64,000 bases of DNA from an uncultured candidatus Porisulfidus sp. (GTDB taxonomy: Bacteria; Pseudomonadota; Gammaproteobacteria; Poriferisulfidales; Poriferisulfidaceae). Each line of letters opens with the position of its first letter. Positions within the stretch are counted from its first letter, which is position 1. This document shows positions 1-8,405 of this stretch, piece by piece. Made by a program: the position numbers and the translations under genes. The DNA is taken from positions 384,001 through 448,000 of the forward strand of contig OZ220480.1 in the NCBI GenBank assembly GCA_965116025.1, in the 5' to 3' direction. A model generated the notes under the pieces. It searched no databases. It worked only from the letters and a program-made list of their open reading frames with translations, and was not told the DNA's origin.

Positions 1-1823
1 CGCGCCCGACCGTCCCCCGGCTGAACCGAGAAGCCGGCCGGCTTCTCCGGAACCGACAGCTCGCGCACCGTCACCGACACGCTCCCCGCGTCCGCGAACG
101 CCGCCGCCGACTTCCCCGCGTACGTGAACCCGTGCGTGAGCGTCGCCGTCCCCGCCGCCACTCCGGTCACCGTCACCGTCTGCGCCACGTTCCAGCTCGA
201 CGACGTGAACGTCAGCCGCGACGGCTCGACCGTCGCCTTCCCCGCGTCCGAGCTCGACGCCGACACCACCCCCGACAGCGCCTCCGACAGCGCCACCGCG
301 TAGGTCGCGCCGCCCGTCCGCTCCACGCTCACCGTGGCGGGAGTCAGCGACAGCAACGGCTTGTTCGCGTTGACCACCGTGGCCTCGACCGTGTCGCTCC
401 AGGGCCCGGGGTCCGAGGCGTTCACCCCCCGCGCCTGATACTCCAGAACCTCGCCGTTGAAAAACCCGGACGTCACCACCTCATGCGATCTCGCGCTCCC
501 GTCCGACCCGGGGATCGAGACCTCCGTCCAGTCGGCTTCCCCTTCCCCCTTCCGCCGCCAGCGATAGTCGAAGCTCGTCGAGCCGTGACGCAAGCGCACG
601 CCCCAGCTCAGCCGCGCCATGTCCTCGCTCGCGGTCGCGCTCAGGCTCGTCAGGCTCAGCGGCGGCGCCACCCGAACGGTCACCGTCGTCGAGGTCGTCC
701 CCGCCGGATCCGCGCTGCCGTCCACCCCCCGCCAGCTCCAGGTCACCGTGTGCTTCCCCAAACCCAGATCCGCGCAGGGACTCAGGTTCGTGTTGGGACC
801 ACGACTCGACACGCCGGGAATCTCGCTCGTGACCTCCACGCCGATTTTCGAGTCCTTAAGCGCCGAATGCGCCGGAACCGCGGTCATCCCGGACCGCGTC
901 TCCAGATACTTCGTCCCGCCCTGCTCCACCGAAAGCAGGTTGAAGCACTCCCGCACCGTCGACTTCCCGGAAGGCTTGTTCGCGATGAAATCCGCCCTTG
1001 AGACTAGCGTCGGGGCCGGCTTCCGCGGCGTGGCCTCCACCCAGCCCTGGTTGTTGGCGGTGCTTATGGCGATCACGGTCCGGCCCCCCGGACCCACCAG
1101 CCGAACCCGGAAGACGCCTCGCTCGCCGTCGCCGTTCGCGGGCGCCCCATACGAGGCTTTTCTCGTGCTGACGCCGCCATCCAAATCGAGCCAACGGCCC
1201 TCTCCGTTCCGGTCCCGAAGCCGGATCCACTCGACCTGCCAGCTCACCGCCCCATCGGTGGAGCCCTTGTAATTCCAAAAAAGATCGAACCCACGATCCA
1301 CTCCTACCACCCTGAGGCTGACCTGCGGCAACGTCACGGAGCGCTCGCTGGAGAGACTCCCCGTGCCGCTGTCGGCATCGATCGTCTGCATCCGAAAGTA
1401 ATAGGTCTGGCCAGCGTCCAGTCCAGAAACGACGTGCGACCCCGAGCTCTTCCCCGCGGAGTCGGGAATGAGATTCCAGCCGCCATAACTTCCCGAGGAT
1501 GCCTTATACCGGTACTGCCATGCCCCAACCGAACTCGGAGACAGGCTCGTCTGGTAGTTCAGCGTGATCTCCCCGGAGTTCGGGCCCAACGTGACGCTGG
1601 TGAGGGTGGCCGCCCAGGCGACCCGCGGCGCGAGCGCGCAAAGCGCGAGAAGAAAAGCGGCGAGAAACGCCGCGCTCAGGCGGCGGGCGGCGCTCCCGAG
1701 GCGGCCATCCACCGCCTCAGCCCCGCCACCATATAGGGGGGGGGGGGGGGGGGCAGCGGATACGGAGGAGCGCGCGTCAGGCCCCAAGCGCCCGACCCGC
1801 CACGTCGCCAATACAGTCGTCAT
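1..1823 (-). CDS. Large secreted fibronectin type III / Ig-like repeat surface protein, 5' part only (runs off left edge), with poly-C tract in the leader
   Basis: Hand translation from ATG 1823 (GAGAGAG upstream) is open to the window edge: MTTVLATW...SAAPPPPPLYGG...LSAAFLAAFLLALCALAPRVAWA signal peptide, then FN3-like motifs (WQYRYK, HVVSGLDAGQTYYFRMQ, LSWGV..FDYRWRR, YQARGVNASDPGPWS) and LTFTSSSWNVAQTVTVTG. Absent from the ORF track because no stop is in the window. Confidence 0.85.
   Translation of the reverse strand, partial: MTTVLATWRVGRLGPDARSSVSAAPPPPPLYGGGAEAVDGRLGSAARRLSAAFLAAFLLALCALAPRVAWAATLTSVTLGPNSGEITLNYQTSLSPSSVGAWQYRYKASSGSYGGWNLIPDSAGKSSGSHVVSGLDAGQTYYFRMQTIDADSGTGSLSSERSVTLPQVSLRVVGVDRGFDLFWNYKGSTDGAVSWQVEWIRLRDRNGEGRWLDLDGGVSTRKASYGAPANGDGERGVFRVRLVGPGGRTVIAISTANNQGWVEATPRKPAPTLVSRADFIANKPSGKSTVRECFNLLSVEQGGTKYLETRSGMTAVPAHSALKDSKIGVEVTSEIPGVSSRGPNTNLSPCADLGLGKHTVTWSWRGVDGSADPAGTTSTTVTVRVAPPLSLTSLSATASEDMARLSWGVRLRHGSTSFDYRWRRKGEGEADWTEVSIPGSDGSARSHEVVTSGFFNGEVLEYQARGVNASDPGPWSDTVEATVVNANKPLLSLTPATVSVERTGGATYAVALSEALSGVVSASSSDAGKATVEPSRLTFTSSSWNVAQTVTVTGVAAGTATLTHGFTYAGKSAAAFADAGSVSVTVRELSVPEKPAGFSVQPGDGRA
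1736..1753. repeat. G18 homopolymer (C18 on coding strand) in leader of the FN3 gene; in frame as assembled
   Basis: Direct count; ATG 1823 and the downstream FN3 codons share a frame. Confidence 0.9.
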
Positions 1824-1865
1824 CTCTCTCGTATCTCCCTCGCTCCCACGCGCGCGGCGCGCGAC

Positions 1866-1871
1866 ATTATA
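1866..1871 (-). promoter_or_regulatory. Candidate sigma70 -10 box for the FN3 gene
   Basis: Perfect TATAAT on the minus strand about 45 nt upstream of ATG 1823 in GC-rich DNA. Confidence 0.45.
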
Positions 1872-1905
1872 AACGCATTTGGAATGGTCTCGGCGCCATC
1901 TCCGA

Positions 1906-3105
1906 TCAAAACTCGATCCGCCCCGTCACGTCGAAAACCTTGCGGTACTCCACCAGGATGTGCCGATCGCTCAGGCTGGCGATATAGTCGGCGATCACCC
2001 GCGCCCGCCCCGCATCGCCGCGCTCCTCCTCCTTCTCGCGGGCGCGTAGCCGCGACTCCGTCGGTAGCAGACCAGGCTTTTCCATGAAACTCTCGAACAG
2101 ATCCCGGATCACGCGGGCGATCTTGTTGGCGGCCCGCGCCAGCCGGTAATGACGGTAGAAGCGCTTCTCCAGAAACCGGGTCACCGGAACCATCTCGGCG
2201 CGAATCTCCTTGCCGAACGCGGCCAGCCGCTCTGGCCGGGCGCGCGCGTCCTGAACCGAGTCGGGCCGCGCCTTCTCGATTCGCTCCCGAGTGGTCAGGA
2301 TCAGGTCCGTCATCATGGCCGTGATCATGCGCCGATTGGCCTCGTGCAGCAGCGCGCGCCGAGTCAGGTTCGGGTCGCTTCTCCTCGCCGCGTCGTAAGC
2401 GTCGGAGAACAGGCGCAACTCCCGCGCGTCCTCAAGAGCGAGCAGTCCCAGCCGCAAGCCGTCGTCCAGATCGTGGTTCGTGTAGGCGATCTTGTCCGCC
2501 AGATCGACCAACTGGGCCTCCAAGGTCGGAGAGCCGCCTTTGAGAAACCGCTCCCCCAGCGGCCCAAGAGTCTTGGCGATCTCTTTCGGGCAACGCTTCA
2601 GCACGCCCTCGCGGGTCTCGAAACTCAGGTTCAGCCCCCGAAAGCTGGCGTACTTGTGCTCCAGCTTGTCGATGACGCGCAAGGATTGCAGATTGTGCTC
2701 GAATCCTCCGTACTCCTTCATGCAGTCGTCCAACACGTCTTGGCCAGCATGGCCGAACGGCGCATGCCCGAGGTCATGCGCCAGCGCGACCGCCTCGGCC
2801 AGATCCTCGTTGAGGCGCAGCGCGCGCGACAGCGCGCGCGACAGCTTGGCCACTTCAATGCTATGCGTCAGCCGAGTGCGAAAGGATCCGTCCGCGTAGT
2901 TCACCATGACCTGAGTCTTGTACTCCAGGCTCCGGAACGCGGCCGCGTGGATGATTCGGTCGCAGTCGCGCTGGTATAGAGTCCGGAACTCGTCCGGCGG
3001 CTCGGCGTGCCGGCGACCCCGCGAATGGAACTCGCTCGCAGCATACGGCGCGAGTCTGGACGCGCCTGGACCCTGGCCCCGGGATTCCAGCAGATCCACC
3101 GCCAT
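1906..3105 (-). CDS. dgt: Deoxyguanosinetriphosphate triphosphohydrolase
   Basis: RT..QRD.DRIIH.AAFR.L.YKTQV, RTRLTHSIEVA and AHDLGH.PFGH HD-domain motifs. Confidence 0.93.
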   Translation of the reverse strand: MAVDLLESRGQGPGASRLAPYAASEFHSRGRRHAEPPDEFRTLYQRDCDRIIHAAAFRSLEYKTQVMVNYADGSFRTRLTHSIEVAKLSRALSRALRLNEDLAEAVALAHDLGHAPFGHAGQDVLDDCMKEYGGFEHNLQSLRVIDKLEHKYASFRGLNLSFETREGVLKRCPKEIAKTLGPLGERFLKGGSPTLEAQLVDLADKIAYTNHDLDDGLRLGLLALEDARELRLFSDAYDAARRSDPNLTRRALLHEANRRMITAMMTDLILTTRERIEKARPDSVQDARARPERLAAFGKEIRAEMVPVTRFLEKRFYRHYRLARAANKIARVIRDLFESFMEKPGLLPTESRLRAREKEEERGDAGRARVIADYIASLSDRHILVEYRKVFDVTGRIEF

Positions 3106-3109
3106 GGGA

Positions 3110-4186
3110 TCAGCCCGTTCCCGCCAGCGTGGCCAGCAACGACCCCTCGTCCACCTGACCGGTGATTTCCGCTTGGCCGATCGCCCGCATCAGGACGAGG
3201 CGCTGTCCGCCGCCGACGTTTTTCTTGTCGTGCCGCATGTGGGCGCGCAACCGCTCGGCGGCCAGATTCCCCGGCAGTCGGGTCGGCAGCCCCGCGCGCT
3301 CCACAAGGGCCCGGATCCGCCCGACCGCGCGGGAGTCGAGCCATCCCATCCGCATCGACAAGTCGGCGGCCAGGACCAAGCCGCAGGCCACCGCCTCGCC
3401 GTGGCGCCACTCCACATAGCCCTGCTCGGTCTCGATCGCGTGCGCGAAGGTATGCCCCAAATTCAGCAACGCGCGCGCGCCGGAACGCTCCCGCTCGTCG
3501 GCCGCCACGACCCGCGCCTTGCTGGCGCAGGACGTCTTGATCGCGTAGACCAAGGCGTTCGCCTCCCGCGCCAGGACCTCCTCGATATGGTCTTCCAGCC
3601 ACTCGAAAAACTCCGCGTCGTCAATCAGGCCGTACTTGATGATCTCGGCCACTCCCGAGCGCAGCTCCCGGTCCGGCAAGCTGTCCAGCGTCAAAGGGTC
3701 GATCAGCACGACTTTCGGTTGCCAGAACGCGCCGATCATGTTCTTGCCCAGCGGATGGTTGACCCCGGTCTTGCCGCCGACCGAGGCGTCCACCTGCGCC
3801 AGCAGCGTGGTCGGGACCTGCGCGAAATCGACTCCGCGCATGTAGGTGGCGGCCGCGAAGCCAGCGAGATCGCCCACGACCCCTCCGCCGACCGCCACGA
3901 GAGCGCACCCCCGGCCCAGCCCCCGCTCCAGCAACCAGGTGTACAGTCCGTTAAGGTCTTCCAAGGTCTTGTGCCGCTCGCCATCCGGGAGGACGTAGCG
4001 CCCGCGGCAGGCCGAACCCAACTTCTCCGCGAGCGGGCGAGCGTATCGCTCCTCGACGCTCGGGTGAGTCACCAGCGCGACCTCGTCTCCCAAGAGCGCG
4101 GCCCAGCGCGCGGAATCCTCGAGCAACCCCTCGCTAATCAGAATCGGATACGAATCGCCCTTCAGGGCGACGGTCAGTTCGTGCAC
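3110..4186 (-). CDS. aroB: 3-dehydroquinate synthase
   Basis: GGGVVGDLAGFAAATYMRG, PTTLLAQVDASVGGKTGVN, LNLGHTFAHAIE. Confidence 0.97.
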   Translation of the reverse strand: MHELTVALKGDSYPILISEGLLEDSARWAALLGDEVALVTHPSVEERYARPLAEKLGSACRGRYVLPDGERHKTLEDLNGLYTWLLERGLGRGCALVAVGGGVVGDLAGFAAATYMRGVDFAQVPTTLLAQVDASVGGKTGVNHPLGKNMIGAFWQPKVVLIDPLTLDSLPDRELRSGVAEIIKYGLIDDAEFFEWLEDHIEEVLAREANALVYAIKTSCASKARVVAADERERSGARALLNLGHTFAHAIETEQGYVEWRHGEAVACGLVLAADLSMRMGWLDSRAVGRIRALVERAGLPTRLPGNLAAERLRAHMRHDKKNVGGGQRLVLMRAIGQAEITGQVDEGSLLATLAGTG

Positions 4187-4309
4187 GAGAAGTCCTTCAG
4201 CATCCGCGTCAAGCGGGATTCTATACCGATCGGTTCCGCCTCTCTCGAACGCCGCGCCAGCCGGAAGACGATTCTCCTGACGCCTCGCGCCGCGCGGAGC
4301 GACCGCGGG

Positions 4310-4849
4310 CTACGGCAACCCGGGAGGCTGATCCAACCATTCGACGATTCGCCCGCAGGCATCCCGCGCCGTCAGATCATCCATCCGGAGCTCGTGGTCG
4401 CGCAATTCCCGATACAGAGGACCACGCTCGCGGGACAGTCGCTTCAGGGTCTCCTCCGGGTTTCCGTCCAGCAACAGTGGACGGCTGCGGTCCGCGCGCA
4501 GGTTTCGCAGCTGGACCTCCAGCGACACGTGAAGATGAATCACCGTTCCGCGCGAGGCCAGAAGGCGGCGATTCTCCGCATCCAGCACGGCCCCGCCACC
4601 GGTCGCCAGCACGATGCCCTCGCGCCGCGCCAGTTCCGCGATGACCTCGCGCTCTCGACGGCGGAATCCCTCCTCTCCCTCATGCTCGAAGATCTCCAAA
4701 ACCGTCACCCCGGTCCGCTCCTCCAGCGCCGCGTCGCTGTCAAGAAACTCCCGCCCCATCGCCTTCGCCAGCAAGGAGCCGACCGTCGTCTTGCCAGCGC
4801 CCATCGGGCCGATCAGAAACACGTTGGGGTGATGCGTGGACACGACCAT
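4310..4849 (-). CDS. aroK: Shikimate kinase
   Basis: LIGPMGAGKTTVG Walker A, IFEHEGEEGFR, ATGGGAV, RPLL; upstream of aroB; start uncertain. Confidence 0.95.
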   Translation of the reverse strand: MVVSTHHPNVFLIGPMGAGKTTVGSLLAKAMGREFLDSDAALEERTGVTVLEIFEHEGEEGFRRREREVIAELARREGIVLATGGGAVLDAENRRLLASRGTVIHLHVSLEVQLRNLRADRSRPLLLDGNPEETLKRLSRERGPLYRELRDHELRMDDLTARDACGRIVEWLDQPPGLP

Positions 4850-4911
4850 GAGAGGCCTGATTATCAAGCCCACACTATACTAAAGCCCTAGCTCGGACGC
4901 CCGCCTCGGAC

Positions 4912-7299
4912 ATGGAAATCACCCGTCGTCTTCTCAGACTCGTCGCCTTGGCGGTCATGCCGGTCCTGCTCGCCACGCTTGGGGCCTATCTCTACATCCA
5001 GCCCAGCATGCCGACGGTCCAGGAGCTTCGGGACGTTCATCTGCAAACGCCGCTCCGCGTGCGTTCCCGGGACGGGACGCTGCTCGCGACCTATGGCGCC
5101 AAGCGCCGCATCCCCGTCACTCTCGACGAGATCCCGTTGCCCATGCGGCAAGCGTTCATCGCGTCCGAGGACGCTCGTTTCGAGCGCCACCACGGAGTGG
5201 ACGTCCAGGCCCTGCTCCGGGCCGCCGTGGATCTGGCGCGCAGCGGACGCATCCGGCAAGGCGGCAGCACCATCACCATGCAGCTGGCGCGCAACTTCTA
5301 CTTGACCCGGCAGCGCCATTTCATCCGGAAGCTGCGCGAGATTTTTCTCGCCCTTCGCATTGAGCGAGAGCTAGGCAAGGACGAGATTTTAGAACTGTAC
5401 CTGAACAAGATCTTTCTCGGGCAACGAGCCTATGGCGTGGGCGCGGCGGCCGAGGTGTACTATGACAAGCGCCCGAAAGACCTGACCCTGGCGCAGATGG
5501 CCACGATCGCCGGCCTGCCCAAGGCGCCTTCCGCCCTCAATCCGATCCGCGACCCCGAAGCGTCCCGCGCGCGGCGGCGCTACGTGCTGGACCGCATGGC
5601 GCAGGATGGATACATCACGAGCGCGCGACGCCAAGAGGCCGCGGAGGCCCCGGTCACCGCGCGGCGTGGCCACTACCGCGGCCTCGCTCCCTATGTGGGA
5701 GAGATGGTTCGGTCAGAAATGGTGCGGCGGTTCGGGACGGAAGCCTACACCGAGGGATACACGGCCCACCTGACCATCCACGACGACCTGCAGGAGGCAG
5801 CCCGCGCGGCCGTGCGCAGAGCGCTCATCCGCTACGACCTGCGTCACGGATGGCGCGGCGCGGAACGGCGCCTGGACCCGCTTCCAGACAGCAAGCGGGA
5901 GCTCGACCAAACCTTGGCCGGCGCCCGGACCCGGGGCGGCTTCCAGAATGGCGTCGTGGTCCACGCGGGACCCGAGGTCGCCCACGTGTACTTGGGCGAA
6001 GGTCGTTGGGCGGAGCTCACGCTCGACGAGATCCTCTGGGCGCGGCCGATGGAGCATGTCGATCGGCTCGGACCCGCGCCCCGGTCGACCACGGACGCGT
6101 TACGGCCCGGCGACCTAGTGCTTCTGACGCGCAAGGACGGCATCTGGCGTCTGCGGCAAATCCCCGAGGCCTCCGGCGCGCTGGTCGCGCTCGACCCGAT
6201 GGACGGCGCGATCCGGGCCTTGGCCGGCGGCTTCGACTTCTCCCTGAGCAAGTTCAACCGCGCGACCCAGGCGCGCCGGCAGCCCGGCTCCAGCTTCAAG
6301 CCGTTCCTGTACGCCGCCGCCCTGGCCAAGGGGTACACCCCGGCCACGCTGGTGAACGACGCGCCCGTCGTCTACCACGACCAGGGCATCGAGGGGGCCT
6401 GGCGTCCCGAGAACTACAGCGGCCAGTTCTACGGGCCCACCCGTCTGCGCAAGGCCCTGACCTTCTCGCAAAACGTGGTCTCGATTCGCATGCTCGACGA
6501 TATCGGAAGCGACTACGCGCGCCGCTACGTGGAGCGATTCGGCTTCGACGCCGAGGCCTTGCCCGACAACCTGACCCTGGCTCTGGGGACGGGCGAGGCC
6601 ACCCCGCTGCGAATGGCCACGGCGTACGCGGCGCTCGCCAATGGGGGCTACCGGGTGGAGCCATACCTGATCGAGCGCGTCGAGAATCAGGAGGGAGAGC
6701 CGGTTTACGTGGCCACCCCCCGAAGGGTCTGCGACGAGGCCTGCCAGGAGCGAGCCCTGTCGCGATCGGTTTCCCCTAGATCAGAGATGTCCGCCCTGAT
6801 GCCGGAGAGCGCCGCGCCTCGCGTGCTCGACCGGCGAATTCACTACCAGATCGTCAGCATGCTTCAGGACGTGGTCCAGTTCGGCACCGCGCGCGGCGCC
6901 TTGGCGCTGAAGCGAAAGGACCTGGCCGGGAAAACCGGCACCACGAACGACCAGCGCGACGCCTGGTTCAGCGGATTTCACTCCCGGATCGTGGCCACCG
7001 CCTGGGTCGGGCGGGACGACCATGGAAAGCTGGGACGGCGCGAGGTCGGCGGCACGGCGGCGCTGCCCATGTGGGTCGATTTCATGAAGGTGGCCCTGGA
7101 CGGAGCGCCGGAACGGCCACTGCCCATTCCCCCGGGAATCGTCCAAGCGCGGATTGATCCCGACGACGGCCTGCTCGCTCCGCCCGGCAGCGAAGACAGC
7201 ATCGTGGAGACGTTCCGGGAAGAGCGCGTGCCGGAGCGATTGTCGCGAGAGATTCGCGCGGCCCCCGGGGGCGACAGCGCCGAGATGCGACTGTTTTAG
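4912..7299 (+). CDS. mrcA: Penicillin-binding protein 1A
   Basis: Transglycosylase motifs (EDARF..HHGVD, GGSTITMQLARN, RKLRE, LYLNKIFLG) and transpeptidase SSFK and KTG motifs. Confidence 0.95.
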   Translation: MEITRRLLRLVALAVMPVLLATLGAYLYIQPSMPTVQELRDVHLQTPLRVRSRDGTLLATYGAKRRIPVTLDEIPLPMRQAFIASEDARFERHHGVDVQALLRAAVDLARSGRIRQGGSTITMQLARNFYLTRQRHFIRKLREIFLALRIERELGKDEILELYLNKIFLGQRAYGVGAAAEVYYDKRPKDLTLAQMATIAGLPKAPSALNPIRDPEASRARRRYVLDRMAQDGYITSARRQEAAEAPVTARRGHYRGLAPYVGEMVRSEMVRRFGTEAYTEGYTAHLTIHDDLQEAARAAVRRALIRYDLRHGWRGAERRLDPLPDSKRELDQTLAGARTRGGFQNGVVVHAGPEVAHVYLGEGRWAELTLDEILWARPMEHVDRLGPAPRSTTDALRPGDLVLLTRKDGIWRLRQIPEASGALVALDPMDGAIRALAGGFDFSLSKFNRATQARRQPGSSFKPFLYAAALAKGYTPATLVNDAPVVYHDQGIEGAWRPENYSGQFYGPTRLRKALTFSQNVVSIRMLDDIGSDYARRYVERFGFDAEALPDNLTLALGTGEATPLRMATAYAALANGGYRVEPYLIERVENQEGEPVYVATPRRVCDEACQERALSRSVSPRSEMSALMPESAAPRVLDRRIHYQIVSMLQDVVQFGTARGALALKRKDLAGKTGTTNDQRDAWFSGFHSRIVATAWVGRDDHGKLGRREVGGTAALPMWVDFMKVALDGAPERPLPIPPGIVQARIDPDDGLLAPPGSEDSIVETFREERVPERLSREIRAAPGGDSAEMRLF

Positions 7300-7337
7300 C
7301 GCCGCCGAGCGCTTGAATTCCGGACCATCAAGAGCGC

Positions 7338-8393
7338 TTGGCAATGACGACCGGCCTAATTCGAGCCCAGCGATACGCCGACGCGATCCGTGGCAGTGGA
7401 TTGTCGATCTACGACCCCGTTGAGGTCGGCGACCCTCAACTCTGGATTCCAACGCCGACGCTGGAACGTCTGCTCGACGCGACCATGTCTGGCGTCTCGC
7501 TCGCTGACCTCCCGCTACGCAGCCGCTCAAAGGTTGTCAAGGAACGCATCTGCCAGTCGCTCGGATACCCTGTGCCGCCCGGTTTCAAAAGGGTGAGGCC
7601 ACGCTTTCCGGGTCAACGCCTCGATGCCTACGCGCAAAAATCCAACAACCTCCAGATTTGGAATGAGCAACTGGAAGCCACCCGGCGCTACGCGATCATC
7701 CGGATTGGACCGAAGAACGAGATTCGCAAGGTCAAGGTAGTGACGGGCTCCGCGCTGGCGTCGCTCGACTCGACCGGAACTCTAACCCGGAAATATCAGG
7801 CGAGACTGATTCTTGGCGAAGCCAACGCGGAGCTGGTTAGCGAGAGGGATACGGACGCGCTCAGAGGCATTGTGGAGACGAACGTCGATCTGACGGATAC
7901 GGCTCGCCCAGCGAGCGGTCCAGGCGCAACGGGGTTATTGCCGATCCAAGGGATATTTGACCGCCTTCAGGTCCTTATAGGCGAATCGTTCGAAGATGTC
8001 GGGCGCGATCAAGAACGAAACCGAGGCGCGTTATTGCACAAACTCGTGTGTCAGATCTTGGGATGCGATGAGTATCGCGATGATGGCCAGTTTCCCGATA
8101 TTCGGAATCAGTTGTTGGAAGTGAAGCTCCAAACGTCGCCAACCATCGACCTGGGCTTGGCGCGTCCGAACAGCGAGGAAGCGTTGGACGCGCCGAGGTT
8201 TGGTAACCGGCAAGTTCGATATCGCGATGTCCGCTATGCGGTGTTCTACGCTCGGACTGATGGACGGGTCGTCACCTTGACGCATCTGTTTTTGAGCACT
8301 GGCGAAGAGTTCTTCGCTCGGTTTCCGCAGTTTCAGGGCGCGGTTCTGAATAAGAAGCTCCAGATCCCATTGCCGCCAGATTTCTTCGAATGA
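7338..8393 (+). CDS. Putative type II restriction endonuclease (PD-(D/E)XK)
   Basis: FPDIRNQLLEVKLQTSPTIDLG catalytic-like motif; convergent with a DNA methyltransferase; lower GC than the backbone. Confidence 0.65.
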   Translation: MAMTTGLIRAQRYADAIRGSGLSIYDPVEVGDPQLWIPTPTLERLLDATMSGVSLADLPLRSRSKVVKERICQSLGYPVPPGFKRVRPRFPGQRLDAYAQKSNNLQIWNEQLEATRRYAIIRIGPKNEIRKVKVVTGSALASLDSTGTLTRKYQARLILGEANAELVSERDTDALRGIVETNVDLTDTARPASGPGATGLLPIQGIFDRLQVLIGESFEDVGRDQERNRGALLHKLVCQILGCDEYRDDGQFPDIRNQLLEVKLQTSPTIDLGLARPNSEEALDAPRFGNRQVRYRDVRYAVFYARTDGRVVTLTHLFLSTGEEFFARFPQFQGAVLNKKLQIPLPPDFFE

Positions 8394-8405
8394 AAGACAA
8401 GGCTT

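Noticed and set aside
132-1272. Plus-strand ORFs of 289 and 217 aa
   Set aside because: Antisense shadows of the minus-strand FN3 gene; Arg/Pro- or Ser/Thr-biased with no motifs.
2918-4891. 657-aa plus-strand ORF (also 16163..18286, 20618..22681, 22977..25166, 30547..33036)
   Set aside because: Long shadow ORFs opposite well-supported genes, expected in high-GC DNA.
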